DNA of 60,134 nucleotides, counting the filler, from Sphacelaria rigidula (taxonomy: Eukaryota), in assembly GCA_964200075.2 (NCBI GenBank). It is 8 parts of 8 records of this genome, joined end to end, with 100 filler letters (N's around TTAATTAATTAA, not from the genome) between each part and the next. Parts side by side here need not be neighbours in the genome. Positions count along the whole stretch, not along the records: positions 1 to 7,430 come from CAXNAA020014959.1; positions 7,531 to 14,960 come from CAXNAA020014960.1; 6 more parts are not named here. One strand, 5' to 3'. The notes under the pieces were generated by a model, which saw only the letters and a list, made by a program, of their open reading frames with translations, made no database searches and was not told where the DNA came from. The translations under genes were made by a program, and so were the position numbers. This document shows positions 1 to 13,464 of the stretch, piece by piece (positions within the stretch are counted from its first letter, which is position 1; each line of letters opens with the position of its first letter).

Positions 1-158
1 TGTGGGGAAAGCACTGTTTTAGGCTTGAGCCTCATCTCAAAGTTAAACCTCAATTCGCACAATTTGTTGTTATCTCTTGGGACAGCCTCTTCCTCAGTCT
101 GTCCCCCCAGAATAGAATTCAAGTACGACATCTAGTAGTAGGGCACACGTCTTTCACC

Positions 159-1951
159 ATGCCGAGAAAGAAATCCGCCCAAAAAACATCCACAAAAACA
201 ACTACTCAGGGAAGGGTCACCGCCAAGACCTTCGAGCATCCAACCGCGGCCGTCACGCCATCAGCTTCCACCTCGGCGGCGAAAGCGGAGTCCAGAGGCG
301 CAGCACAACCAGTAGTAACTGCGCCGGCCGACACAATCCTGCCCGCTCAACCTCCGTATAGCCACGAGGGGGAAAGCGATAGCGACAACTCTGATGACTC
401 TGAGCGGAGCTCCGACATCCGTCAGGTGTCCACCGGTAGGTTTGATGCGCTTCTCGACCCCACCAAACTATCCTCATCCTCTACACCAACCCCTACGCCA
501 CAACCCACCATGAAAGAAAAGGCAGCAGAGCTCGCATATAGGGCGTTGGAGAGGAGCGACGAGGAGGGTACGGAGCCAGCTCCGTGGGTGATGCAAGCTT
601 TGGGGTTTTCGGTACCGCAAGAGCAGGGAGTTTCACAGGTATCGAAATCGAGTAACCCAATAGCATTGGGAACAGTACGATGCTACAAAACGATACGAGT
701 AAACCCCAGGATAGTGTCAATGATTCAGTCGATAATTTCGAGGTCGAACTGCCTAACACTACGCCGATCCAATCCACAGAGAGCTCAGGGACTTTGACGT
801 TAGATCCGCCAACAAGCCACACTAACGTACAAGAAAACAGCCACAACATGGAGCCTCTGTCTAGTTCAGTGCTGACTCCGCCGTCTACAAGCCATAGTAC
901 CACCACGAGAACTAAAAACAAATCGATGAAACAATCGGATCTCCCATCAACGTTAATCCTAGAAGGAAAGCGGAGTGAGGATGTGCCAGCAATTCTCAAT
1001 GCGTTTCTCAATCGAGTTAGGATTCATGCCCCTGACGATTGCACAGAATCCACAGTACAACGGCACGCCATAAAACACTTACCACTTATCCTCAGAGGGT
1101 CAGCAGAAAAGCATTACACCCCTCTCGGAAGCGGAAAAGTAGAGTGGCGCTCACTAGCTGTACTGCAAGACCTCAAATCGAGAGGAGAAGATTCCGCACC
1201 CATCGCCCCGAAAACGTGGACAGAATGGGTAGCGGCCTACACCCATCGCTTCTCTCCACCAAACCAACTAGCACTGTTAGCCCGCGCGATAGCCGATCTG
1301 AAACAGAAAGAAGATCAGAACGTAGATGACTATGCACTGGAGTGGACGACTTCGATGGACAGATTCGTGACCGAGGCCTTGCAGGTGAAATATCCTGGCC
1401 ACGACACGCTTCCCTTCATAATAGATGTGATCACAACAACAGCATTTGAGACCGGACTCAAACCCCATATCAGAGTTGAAATGGTGAGAGAAGATAGTAC
1501 GCTCGACTTCCAAACTGCGACAGCGCGAGCGAAAAAACACGAACAAAACAATCTCCGCACATGGCCAAACGAAACTGGAGGCACTCCCCATGTCTCGGCC
1601 GCAACCGTAAATTCCTCACGTCCGCAGCTAGCGGAAATGACAGCCGATCATGGCGCAATCCTTACGGATCTTCAGTCACAGTTAAAAGCGATCAAAGGAG
1701 AGAGAGGGAGAGCGGAGAAATGGTCTGCTAGCAGAGATAGGAGCGCGAATAGATCAGGGGGAGAGATGAAATAAGTACGCTTCAAAGACAGTAACGATAA
1801 GAGTACATCCAACGACAACCAGCTGAGCGGTAAAACGAAAAAATCGGTCCGTTGTGAGTACGCACCATGCAGGTACAAGAACACACACGAGACAGCGGAT
1901 TGCCGCCTTATGCAGAGCAATGTAGAGTTTGCAAAAAAGTACAACCCGTGA
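159..1951 (+). pseudogene. gag: Retrotransposon Gag (frameshift near 670-690, in-frame TAA at 1772-1774)
   Basis: Capsid-like TWTEW..AYTHRF, LKQKEDQNVDDY and FETGLKPHIR; reading past TAA1772 gives a zinc knuckle CEYAPCRYKNTHETADC at 1853-1903, ending at TGA 1949-1951. Confidence 0.85.
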
Positions 1952-2236
1952 AGACGCCCAAGAGAGGACCCCTCGTCTGATCAGGGCAGAAACGGTAAAT
2001 CCTTACGTACAAAATCGAGGGAAACAGAAGGACGCGAAATCGTCAACCCTCTGTCTCGTAAGATGGGAGAGTTTCATTTTTCTGACAGTACGGCAGACCA
2101 ACCACGGAGAATGCGTAAGAGATCTCGGGTAGAGGTCAACCATGTACGAGGTGAGCACGAGCAGGAGCATAGCAGCAGAGAGCAGAGTACGAATAGCGAA
2201 TGCGTAGAATAGACGCAACGTATATTTTTAGCTCCG

Positions 2237-4700
2237 GTGGCGGCTTTTGGGAGTAACTCATTACAGAAAAATAAAAAATCGGAACATCAATCTTCGTTTT
2301 CAAACCCGATCCTAAATGATCACTGTTATGGCTCTTACAACGCACCTTCGCTTGCCAGATATGCAGTTGCACCTTTAGCACTGTCCTGTGCATCAGCCCG
2401 TGTGAGAGTCACAGCCAGAGTAAACGTCACCCTCGCTGAAAAAACCACAATTGATTCCGCAGCAGATGTGCCTTGTATCAGCAAAAGGTTCATCGATGAA
2501 TACCCGGCCATAATGGTAGCTGATATAAACCCAGTACCGCCGGGTTCGATAGACCTCAGAAGTGCGGACGGCTCCCCCATCAAAATTATAGGTTTCATGC
2601 GTTTCGAACTTACGTTAGGGATAAAAAACCTACCAGTAGAGGCGTTCGTATTGCCTAACCTAGGACCAGGTTGGCTGTTACTGGACAATTCTGCTATCAG
2701 TGCTTTCCAAGCTATACTCGACTGGCAAACAGAAGAGCTAACATTCCGTGATTCCAGAATAAAAGCCAAAGCATCGCATCGAAAACAACAGCGTTCACAA
2801 AACATAACACCCCCCGAAACGACGCATTGTTCTGTAGTCAGTGTGAACTGTTCAAACGCTGTTCCAGTTTTTCTCACGAAGGAATTCAATGTCCCCCCGC
2901 AGAGTGAGATGGCAGTATTAGTTGAAACGGAAAATACCCCGTCAAGAACAACAGCAGCCGTCGAAGAGCCACGCATTATAACCGAAGAAGACATTCAATC
3001 AACCGATGTACCCCAAGCGTTCACGCGCATCATCGTGACAAGGACGGTGTGCACATGGTCGGCAACAAATAAGACGGCAATGGTACAAATCGCAAATCCG
3101 TCGAATCGACATGTGAACCTGAAACGTAATACGATTTTAGGCTATATCACCCCAGTACGAGAAACAAAACCAGCTACAGTCAGTGCAATGGCGGGAAACA
3201 AGGTGTCAGAAAGAGAAAAGGTGAAAGAGGAATTACGTCCAGATTTACGCAAAGCTTTCGAAAATACGACTTTTCCCCCGGAACAATGCTCTCAAATACT
3301 GGATCTTTGCGCAAAATACCGTTCTGTGTTTTCACTTACTCCTCAGGAGTTGGGCTGTTGTACGTTAGATGAAGCAAGTTTTTCGTTCAAACCTGGGACT
3401 CAGCCGGTAGACCGAGCACCATATAGAGCAAACCCCAGAGTGCGAGACGCAATCGACAAATGCGTCGACCAGATGGAAAAAGATGGTATAGTCGAACAAC
3501 GCCCAAGCCCGTGGGGATCAGCGGTTACAGTAGTCGCAACAGCAGACGGAACAGCACGATTTTGCGTAGATTATCGAGCAACGATAAATAAAAACTTGAT
3601 TCGCAAATCATGGCCCATGCCAGCTATCGAAAGTCACATGAACACAGTAGCAGGGGCGAAATTCTCATAACAGTTTGCGATGTACAAAGTGCGTTCCACC
3701 AGATACCAGTGGCGGAAAGCGAAAAAGAGAAAACAGCGTTCGTAATTCAAACAGGGGAATGGGTGTTCAACCGGTTACCATTTGGTTTAGCGTGTTCACC
3801 TTTTGTCTTCTCACGCATAATGGCACTAGTATTTGCACACTTCGGACCCAAGAGTGGCTTACTAGTGTATATGGATGACATAATTTGTTGTTCATCAAGC
3901 TGGGAGAGTCATCTCACCCTACTAGAAAGCACGTTCAAAGCACTGCAAGCAGCAGGCCTTACACTAAAGCCGACAAAAATCCAATTTGGTCCAAAGCAGG
4001 TCAAATACTTGGGCCATGTACTATCCGCAGATGGCATCAGAGTGAGTGATGAAAGAATAAAAGCTATCCTCGACTTGCCGAAACCCACCAATATCAAAGA
4101 GTTGAGATCAGTACTCGGTACAATAAATTTCGTTTGGAAATTCATACCAGACTTGGCTACAACCATAGCACCACAGGTGGATCTCACAAAAAAAGGAGCG
4201 GCAAAACAGTTGTCGAAACTCTGGAATACAGAACATGATGAAGCCTTCGAGAAATTAAAAAAATTGATGACTGAGGCACCCGTCCTTCATTTTCCAGATT
4301 CCACGAAAGACTTCATCATAAACGTTGATGCTTCAGACCGTGAGGCCGGGGCCTACGTTTCCCAAAGGAAAGGCGAAGACGAGGCAATCGTAGCATACTT
4401 CAGTCAACGTTTCAACAACCCCATGCGCGCCATTCGCCCATCATGAGAGAATGTTACGCGGTCGTACTAGCGATCCAACATTTCAGAGTCTTTATTTGGG
4501 GACGTCACTTTACGTGACCATGCCGCTCTTCGATATTTGTATGCAATGCAGGATACAAGTAAATTGTTGACCCCGATGGGCGATCGCATTGCAATCGTAT
4601 GATTTCACGGTCAAACATAAACCGGGGAAACTTCATGTTATACCGGACACCCTCTCACGGCTATTTGCGTTTGAAAAGCGACAGGAAGCAGAAATCAAGC
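2237..4700 (+). pseudogene. pol: Pol: aspartic protease, reverse transcriptase and RNase H (frameshifted)
   Basis: IDSAAD protease motif; RAPYR, SPWGSAV, RFCVDYR; frameshift near 3660; RLPFGL, YMDD, YLGH; RNase H VDAS; further frameshifts at about 4420-4600. Confidence 0.93.
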
Positions 4701-5031
4701 CGTTGCTTGCGTCGATATGCCGCAACGTCCCAGAAAACCCTGAGTTATAAATAGCTGAGCCACAACATCAGTTCCAGATTTCAGCTGAAAAGCTCGAAAA
4801 CTTGAAACCGGTGCAAAGTGATCGAGAGTTGTTCACCGTGAAATCAGTACACGTAAGCGCAGCGAACGTCTTCACGTCAATCAACCGCAAAAAATTGCGA
4901 GTAGAGCAAGCACTAGAGTACGGTCCCTACATCGAATATATCACGGGAAAAGATGCTTCGATACCAGAAAAAGAATCGCTCACATCGATGTCACACTATT
5001 CAGTACATGATGGATTTTATTCAAGTCTTAC

Positions 5032-6553
5032 TTGCCGGGACACTTGAAAAAACGGAGCACAATTTGTGACCAACTTGTGCTATCTAAGTCCCCAATAGGC
5101 TTGGTGCTACATGCGTACCACGACCATGCACTATCAGGAGGCCACTTAGGATTCAAGCGAACATACGACAAAATCCGACCGAACTATTATTGGCCATCAA
5201 ACCGCGATATCAAAGATTGGTGCTTAAAATGTCAAAGTTGCCAACGCCGAAAGACGCCCCGCCGGCAAAAATTGCCAATGGGACACGTTCCGGTAGAACG
5301 GTTATATGAACGAGTGTCGGTTGACCTGGTTGAATACAAAACGACAACAATGTCCAACGCCGGAGTACTATGTAAATACGTACTGAAAGTAATGGACCAC
5401 CTCACAAGGTATGCTTTGCTCATTCCAGTCCCGAATAAGCAAGCCACGGCGATAGCCAAAACCCTTATCGACAGAGTTTTTACAACATTTGGCATCCCAA
5501 TGAAGCTCCACAGCGACCAGGGAGCCGAGTTTGAGAACAAACTAATACACGCACTGCAACAAGAGTTAGGTTTCGATAGAACACGTACGACCCCACTACG
5601 TCCGCAAGGCAACTCAGTGTCGGAACGCGTCCACTCCACTATGCACGCGATGTTAGCGATGCATATGCCAGTCGGAAACAAAAACTGGGCATTCATGCTT
5701 CCATTCGTCCAAATGGCGTACAACACCTCTTATCATAACAGTACAAGAGACACCGTATTTTCTGTTGTTCGGAAGGCAGCCCAGGTTGCCAGTTGATATG
5801 ATTCTCGGCATACCAGAAGAGAGCCAAGCGGCGACACCCGCAGAATTTTCCAAGGAAACACGGGAAAACCTACAGTTTGGATTTGAAATCGCGAGACAAG
5901 CCTCACGAGAAAAGGCGGACGAGCAAGAAAACAAGAACAAACTTAAATCTTTCTCAGTGTTCAAACCGGGGCAAAAAGTACTTTTGTATCGACCTCATCA
6001 AGACTCAGAAGGGCCGAATCCCAAACTCCAGTTACCATGGAGCGGTCTACTCACGATAACCGAGAGACGATCGCCGGTTGTATACAGAATCAAAATAGGC
6101 GATGGCTCTAAGGAAACATCAGTACATCTCGCTCATTTGAAGAAATATCACCCGCGAGAAACCGCACCAGCACCAGACTTTGACAAATTGAGCGAGTTGT
6201 TCTTAGGTAGACAGGTACCTCTACCAGAGATATACCAACCAGACGGAACATTGCCCACAATAGAATGCTACACCGTCGAAAAAGTGGTAGGTCACGCGCC
6301 AGGCCCAGGTCGGAGAAGTAGCCATAACTATAAATATCGATTGAGACTCAAAGGTTACGGCCCGGCGGCTGACCTGACCTACCGTGCGGATGAAATACCG
6401 CAATGCAGACATCTCATTGATAAGTACCGTCATGACAATGGGTTAGCCGAACGCTCACATCCGGACTCGAAATCCAAGACTACAGGGAAACGGAAACGGA
6501 TGCGACTGTTCAACAGGCTGTGCGAGCGCCCTAACAACACGCTCAAGGGTTGA
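5032..6553 (+). pseudogene. pol: Pol: integrase plus C-terminal chromodomain (frameshift near 5745-5765)
   Basis: HHCC (HDHALSGGH...CQSC); DDE (VSVDL, HSDQG, SERVH); chromodomain YTVEKVVGH...YRLRLKGYGPAADLTY; stop at 6553. Confidence 0.92.
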
Positions 6554-7430
6554 GCAGTAGCCTGGGGTCGAAATTTGGAAATTAATGAGAGTCAACAACG
6601 TTAGAACAATACGGACATGAACAGAACGAGATCTGACATGTCAGTGGTGAAGGAGGTGAAACTTCCCAAGGAAGTTCACCTCTCAGCAATGAGGGTAGTT
6701 GCTGACAGGAAGTAAGGGTCATTTTTGCGATGTTTAGACAAAAGCACAATGCTCACAGACCGAAAACATCGTATCCACCGCTTTGTTACTAACGCAAGGA
6801 CGTAGTCCCACGCAGGTGTCAGAGGAACCAAAGGCGTCCCAGTACCCGGGCGTGAATAACCCAGGCGCCCGTGGATCGATCAGTGTCCCAGTGCCCAGTC
6901 ATGTAGACCAGCAAATGCAACCAGCACCTAAGTGTAAATACATCTGATGGAAACATGTCACATATGACAACTACATGACAGAAAACCAAAATGAAAAAGG
7001 TTTGCAATACATGCACTATCACAGACCACAGGTAGCTAAAATTTACTGGAGGTGTTTGCTCAATACCACAGTATAGAGAAGGGCTGTCTTCACACGTGGA
7101 CAGATAGCACCCTGTGGGGCGCACTGTGCAGGGTCCGTACAGGGTCCTCCACAGTCTTTGTGAAAAAACCCTGACAGTGAAATGCAAAATCTGTACCCGT
7201 GGCAGCGTTTTAATAGGGTTTTCCCCAGGGTTGGATTTGCAGCCCTGTGTAGGCACGTCGGCAAAGCCCTGCACAGTCATGTGGTAGAGTTTCGGTGAAA
7301 AAACCTCAAGTGTTTTTTTTCGAAAACTCCAAATGTTTTGGTACAAAATCTGTAAATATCTTCAATACCTTGTCCTCCTGTCCGAGGTAAATTCCTCTTC
7401 AAACAGCCGATCATCTATGTTGAGGATGGT

Positions 7431-7530
7431 NNNNNNNNNNNNNNNNNNNNNNNNNNNNNNNNNNNNNNNNNNNNTTAATTAATTAANNNNNNNNNNNNNN
7501 NNNNNNNNNNNNNNNNNNNNNNNNNNNNNN
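7431..7530. other. Artificial contig spacer N44-TTAATTAATTAA-N44; identical spacers at 14961-15060, 22490-22589, 30019-30118, 37548-37647, 45077-45176, 52606-52705
   Basis: Seven identical 100-bp blocks; the 12-mer has stop codons in all six frames; intervening segments are 7430, 7430 and 6x7429 bp. Confidence 0.99.
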
Positions 7531-8040
7531 CCTCCCGGAGGGCAATTTTTCGAAAATTGTCATGTTTTTTTTTTTGTGATTTTGTTCGATTTTTGTTGAT
7601 AATTGTTGAAAAAAAAATGATCAACAAACTCGGACAAAAACCGGAAAATCTGGCGGGCTTTGCGAGGTTCGTAAATTTGCGTCTGCTCCTTGCCCGCCCG
7701 GTCCCGATGACCTCGGACGCCGGCAACGCTCACACACATCTGTATGTACAATGCACGAGCGCACAGTAGCGACAGCCTGTAGCCAAAGCAGCAACATTAT
7801 CTCACGTCTTGCCAAATTTGCCTGGACTACTAGCGGTAGGTAGTCCAGACACACGACACGGAACATGATCCCATGAATGTAATCATGGTAGGTGATGAGC
7901 TCGGAGGGGCGGTGCGTCCGTCATCTCAGCGGTCTCCGTGCCAAGGGTCTCTGTACACGGCAGCTGACCGCATCCGCCAACGCCTCGGCAATAAACTAGG
8001 GGGGTTGGGTGTCCCCTCCCCTCTACCCCCTCTCAAAAAC
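7531..8040. repeat. Dispersed repeat (~500 bp); inverted-orientation copy at about 38215-38700 on another contig
   Basis: 7680-7795 is the reverse complement of 38410-38525, and 7900-8030 of 38215-38350. Confidence 0.8.
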
Positions 8041-8320
8041 TCGAATTTTCGATCTTGGAGCTCACGTGTCCAGAAATACAGTATGTTTTTGACAGACCCT
8101 TGGTAAGACCGAAAAACAAGAACGCAGAAGTATACTATTACGAAGAACTGCCTCTGTCCCAGAAGTAAAGTCCGTTGTGGAGGATATGCTGTGCCTCGCT
8201 AACGGGGGTGTTCACGATGTTATGGTCAGTAGGTTCGTTGAAACTATTATATGTAGTTCTGGAGAAAGCCACTGGGAAAAACAAAAAACAAAAAACATCG
8301 ACCTACAATCACTCGTGTAA

Positions 8321-9174
8321 GGGCCGTTATTATCGACAAATAAACAAAATGGGAGAAGATCCAAAATTTCGGCATTCGCCTAGGACTCGTTATTATCTAG
8401 ATCTACCATTGCTGTTAGATTTCTCATTACAGATGGTGCTGATCTCGTCGTTTGCTTGCCTTCGCCGGCAAAATAAAGGACAGGGTATGCTACCTGACCG
8501 TGTATGGCGGTCATAACTGTGGTAAACATATTTCTCACAACCTCTCTGTGACACGGGGGGGGAGTCGGATAGGCTAGGGCATCATCGGCTGGCTCGCTTG
8601 GATGCTACAGCAGCACACATGAGTAAAAATACCGACTGTAGAAAGCCCCGTGCATAGACTGCAGCATGCTTGCTTTCTGTGAGTTGTATACGCAGATACA
8701 CCCAATCAAACCACCAGCTATACACTTTTCAGACGGTGCGGTAGCGTACCCTCGTAGCAGCACTGCAGGCAAGCAGGTTGCTACTGGATTTTTTCTGCTC
8801 TTTGCTTCGAAAGTGCGTGTGTCTGCAAACGACGACCACCGTGCTTGGCCCCAACAGCTCCAACACCGCTGCCGGGGCACATACCGTCTAAGGAAATAGA
8901 TACCGCCAACCCGCGGTGCTTTTTACTCTACGACATAGCCCAGGGTGTCACTAGCAAGATTCCTGATGATTCTCGCATGCTTGCGAGCGCCGCGGCGTGC
9001 GCCAAGGGCAGCTCTGCGGAGTATTGTGCTGGCGTGCGAAAAATCGTACTTTCGCCAAACGTGAAGGCTTGGCGAAAAATCTCGCCGCTTCATTTTGGGA
9101 GAAGGTGCTAAAAAGTGCGAAAACGCCTAGAATTAGGACGATCTCCCCAAAAACTGTGTCGATGATAACGGCCC
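8321..9174. mobile_element. PIF/Harbinger (Tourist-like) MITE, 854 bp
   Basis: TIR GGGCCGTTATTATCGACA...TGTCGATGATAACGGCCC; flanks TAA/TGA; second copy at 20806-21664. Confidence 0.88.
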
Positions 9175-10189
9175 TGATGGAATGTTTGGGTCAAAGATGG
9201 CCAAATTTCAACCAAATTCTGTCCAACCTGTACATTTTCGGCCGAATTTCGACGAATTTGGAAGTACTTGAAGGCTGCAATGTAGACGCGTGTTGTCGGA
9301 CTATTATAGGCGTAGCTATCATATGCCAGCGATGAATTGGAGAAAAAGAGCCAGGCACGTTTTTTTTCGCGGTTTTTGCCGTTTTCTCGGATTCCCAGGG
9401 TTCTTCTCTGTGTTTTGGAAAGGGGGGGGAATATTGCCAATTTAGTCCAACTGATCGTCTATCGGTCGTTCGCGCACGCTGGCTGCTTCGCAAACAGAAA
9501 CAAATAAAAAATAACAACGCGATTCAAGTAGGAAAACCCTGAAGATTCCAAAAAAATATCGTCTACGGCATTCGACACGGTTATCCGTGTGATCATAGCG
9601 GACTTTACCTATGGCACAGAGGCAGTACGAATTATGCGAAAGCATAAAGAGCAAAATGTCGGAACTACCACATAATATTCAGTAAGGGACAGATTCCCAC
9701 AAGTGTCTGTCAAGGAATCACTTTCTCACACCGGCGACACCATGAGATTCGTACACTTCACGAACGAACGGATGATCCCGGGTTCAAATCCCGCATCCCT
9801 CCTAGATGGTGGGAGCCAAAAAAATAGTGGATACCCTCACCCTCTGAAGCAGAGTTACTCGTAACTGACACTCGCGGAAAGTCTCCTGCAGTGATTGTTG
9901 GTCGGGTGAACTAACACACTACAAGTCACGCAGTACGTACTTCTTTGAGGACATGTGAATTAAAAAGCAAGATTCCAACCGCTCAACGGCGTTGAGGGTA
10001 TAGCTCGTACAAACCTTCAAGAGGTTCATGAATTTCACCAAACCCTATTCTAGTTGTATTCTCATCTTTCCCCCGCGATCACTATTCACAAAATTCTCAT
10101 CATTTTGGAGAAGTTTTGCCGATGGGTGTTTTTTGGGTGACAAAGCAGCAAAATCAGCTGAAATGGGTCGATTTGAGCTCTCTGCGCCC

Positions 10190-10260
10190 CCTTGCCCGAG
10201 GGTTCTCGGGATGCCTTGGGCGGGGTTAGGGTTAGGGTTCGCGTTAGAATTGGCGGCATC
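10190..10260 (+). repeat. Repeat module ending in telomere-like GGGTTA units; related copies at about 12800-12862 and 13015-13085
   Basis: Shared CCCC..CGAG.GTTCTCG..ATGC.TTG motif followed by GGGTTAGGGTTAGGGTT or degenerate versions. Confidence 0.6.
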
Positions 10261-10821
10261 TCCATATTATCAACCATTGTTTACGTACATTTCCTCAGGT
10301 CGCCTCTGACAAAGCGTGAACCAGCCTGTATGGATCGTGTAAATTAGGATATACGACAGTTTCTGGTCCGGTCACTGGTTTGTCGGGCGATACCGTATTC
10401 ATCCGCACATCCGCACGGTCCAAACCAACATCCTAAAACCATTGGAATCACTTCACGCAATTCAGGGAATAACTAGGGCCCGGAAAAAGACGTGTCGATG
10501 TCAGTATGTCCATCATTTGTCCATCTCTTCTGCCAGGTCGATACTCCTAGTTGGTTACTGCAGCAGAGATCTAGCAAAGGACTGTGTGTATCAAGTCATT
10601 CATTTCAGCACAGAGCATATGAGAGCTACAGAAACTGCTGTTGTTGTAGGTGTAACAATTTTATTTTATTTTGTGTGTCCGTTATGTTCACGTTTTATTT
10701 ACGTACACGCGAACAAAGCACTGCACTTGTTGTTGTCTTCACTGCACTGCACCCGACACATCCCAGTGCCCTACGCAGATGAAGGATAGCTTTACATGGA
10801 ACGAGTCCGACACAACCCCAC

Positions 10822-11441
10822 ATGAACCTAGGTATGAGGGTACTGGCTGAAGACAGCGTCCCCTACACCGCTGCTACCCATAGTGGCATGCAACAGGGCT
10901 CCTCGTCGCATCAGCACGGCGGCAGTCGTCAAATGCGGCGCGATTTACCATCAGAGCACACATTTGTCAACGATATGACTGCACCATCTGTTGTGCCATC
11001 GATGTCGGCGAAGCTACCGCTGCAATCCCCAACGCGAAGTAATGACCAGGTGCTGGATGCAGGACGACCGTGTAGTAACACCAAGAGAGAAATGTGGCGT
11101 TGGGGTAGAGTTATGGTTAGCATCATAGTAGTATCGACTGTGGGGTTGTGGGCTGTGGGCATGTTAGCGGGGGGGTATGGGTATGACGCGGAGCAGCGAC
11201 AGCAGCTGGATCCGAATGGGCGATTGGCGCTGTCATATACCAAGGGAGCGATTCCAAACACGAAAGGGAAGGGCCTGGAGAAGGGTACGATACCACCAGG
11301 AATAGGTGTGCGCGTGTCGAATGATTACACAACACACACGGCCATCCAGTTGTATCCGTGGGAGCACATGACGGAGCCGTATCGACCCACGAAATTCAAG
11401 GTGAAGAGTTGGCCGGACATGCCGGACGAAGTCCAGTTCAG
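10822..11441 (+). CDS. N-terminal exon of a type II membrane protein resembling brown-algal tyrosinase-family proteins (partial gene)
   Basis: 207-codon ORF with one hydrophobic span (VMVSIIVVSTVGLWAVGML), motif SNDYT..IQLYPWEHMTEPYR, and donor AG|GTGAGA at 11441/11442. Family assignment is from recall; no copper-binding exons seen. Confidence 0.6.
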
Positions 11442-13464
11442 GTGAGACACGAGCACTCGTTAATCGGCCATGAGGGGTGGGTGTGTTGCTGAACGCGTGC
11501 ATGCAGTGACCGGTTTATCACCCACGTTGACAGGCGATGATGTTGCTCTGCCAGTTCAATGTAGACATCGTGCTGCACGCCCCAATACAATCAGCGCAGT
11601 ACAAGTATTATATATACGCAGTGCAGTAGGAACATATTTTGCAAGCTTCCGCTGCGAGATCGCGTCCGATGATACTTTCGGCCGGTTTAAGTTGTCCGGT
11701 GCAGACAGGCAAGCTTCCATGCTTTGAGAACCTGCTGGCTGCAAATCAGGACCACGTCCAGTGCAAATCGCTCAGTGCGTTTGTGCACATCAGCCGGTCC
11801 AACCCACCACGTTTTAAAATCTACATGCGCACAAGAAAGCAGACACATCGCTCAAGCTCACGACCCAGCGAGCTACTGCAGTGTGTGCAGGCAGAGCGAC
11901 TGTTCTCTGTGAATAAATACTCCGACGAACCAACACTGCATGGCCCTGTCTGTTCCAAAAACAGATGCGAGTTACTGGTTAGTAGTGTACTTCACTGTGC
12001 AGTAGCGTCATGTGATTCATTGACTACTTACTACTGTAGCGTCTGTGGCACCATGTATTTTACTGACTGGGGAGACTGTTACACTGAAGAAACCTCAACA
12101 CTACTTGCCATGGTCTGCGTAGGTGGTGTGCTGATGTCGTCATCGAACCAGTGCTCTTGTCACTGCCGTTGCTTTTGCCTTCTTCACGCCGCGTGGAAAT
12201 ATCCTCCAGAGGACAGTAGGGCGAGCTATGCGCGAACTTGTGTAGCACCCCTTGGCTGCTGTACTGTTGTTCAACTTTACAGTGCCGTGCATGATCGGCT
12301 ATCTAGTGTGTTATTTCGTGGATTATAGTATGCCCACCCGACTTCGTGAATTAGGTTCGAGACGTGGATTGTCATGCTTGTGGATACTGCACCTCGGCTA
12401 CTCGAGAAGTGCAAGGGCCTGAATACGAGGGAAAACATGATGAGTGCTGCTGCATGGGTCAACCAGGGTTAGAAACGTCCCGGAGGCGATATGCGCCCGC
12501 CGGGGACAAAATTATTGCAAGAAATCAATAGTTTCTCGGGAAAACATACGACTTCAGAGAAAAAGCAGCCGCCTCCCCCAACGTTTTTCGCCCGCGGCGA
12601 AAAATGTGCGGCCTTGAAAATTTGGTTGGGCAAGCCGAACATGGTACTCTCAGAAACTGCGCTGGCGTAGATGCGCAGACGACTTTCTTGACTCTTAACT
12701 GAACCTACTCAACACTCCCGCCCAGTCGGAGAAATTAGATGTGCACTCTGATGCATCCTTGGATAATGGCCAAAACAACGAGCGGATAGTCACGATTTGG
12801 GTAGAGCACCCCCTTCTCGAGTGCTCGGTATGCGTTGGGTTGCGGGTAGGTTTAGCGTTATTGCCTTACACCAAGATACAGTAGTCTTACAGTGAGCAAT
12901 GTAGGGTCTATATGGTGCAAGCTGATATGCCTTGTGCTGTACTACCTGAAAAAGCGTTGTTTTGTCCAAATCGTAGCTTCAGGCATTGATTCAAGGTCAG
13001 ACAAGGCCCACTTGCTCAGAGCACCCGTTTCCCGAGTTCTCGATATGCCTTGCGTTGGGTTATGATGAGCGTTAGCAGTAGGGCTTTTCATATCGATTGT
13101 GATATCCCCTGTTTGAAAAACGACCGCTGATTGGTCTCTGTGATACCACCCCCCACAAAACGTGCCCTGAAATCGTCCTTGAAGAAACGGTCAGCGACGA
13201 AACGTGTGTGGTTGTTTTTGACACGCACGCGGCCGCCATTCGTGCAATAGATAATGAATTTCCCTCTCACAAAAACTTTCGTGTGAAGATGAGCAAGGGC
13301 TAGCGTTGGAACTAATCCGCATGAGTGGTGGGTGTTCGTGTGTTTTTTCGGGGTTGGGTGTATAGGTGTTGTGTTGCCTTGTTGCGTCTTCTCCGCTTAC
13401 AGACCCGCCGCATTTCTGAACCTGCGTGCAGATCTGGGGTTCGATTTGTATACAACTGCAAGGG

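Larger units (their letters stand above)
1..6700 (+). mobile_element. Ty3/Gypsy LTR retrotransposon (chromovirus type), inactivated; LTR pair not identifiable in this contig
   Basis: Domain order gag-PR-RT-RH-INT-chromodomain; several frameshifts and stops; boundaries approximate. Confidence 0.95.

Noticed and set aside
121-150. LTR end (..GACA) plus primer-binding site for the contig-1 Gypsy
   Set aside because: TAGTAGTAGGGC only loosely resembles a TGG-initial PBS, and no matching 3' LTR is present at 6553-7430.
7475-7486. TTAATTAATTAA every 7.53 kb as a biological periodic motif
   Set aside because: It is embedded in Ns; it is an assembly linker.
11639-12328. 229-aa ORF, and the 228-aa ORF at 38087-38773
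   Set aside because: No recognisable domain; the first is intron-like and the second runs across several repeats.
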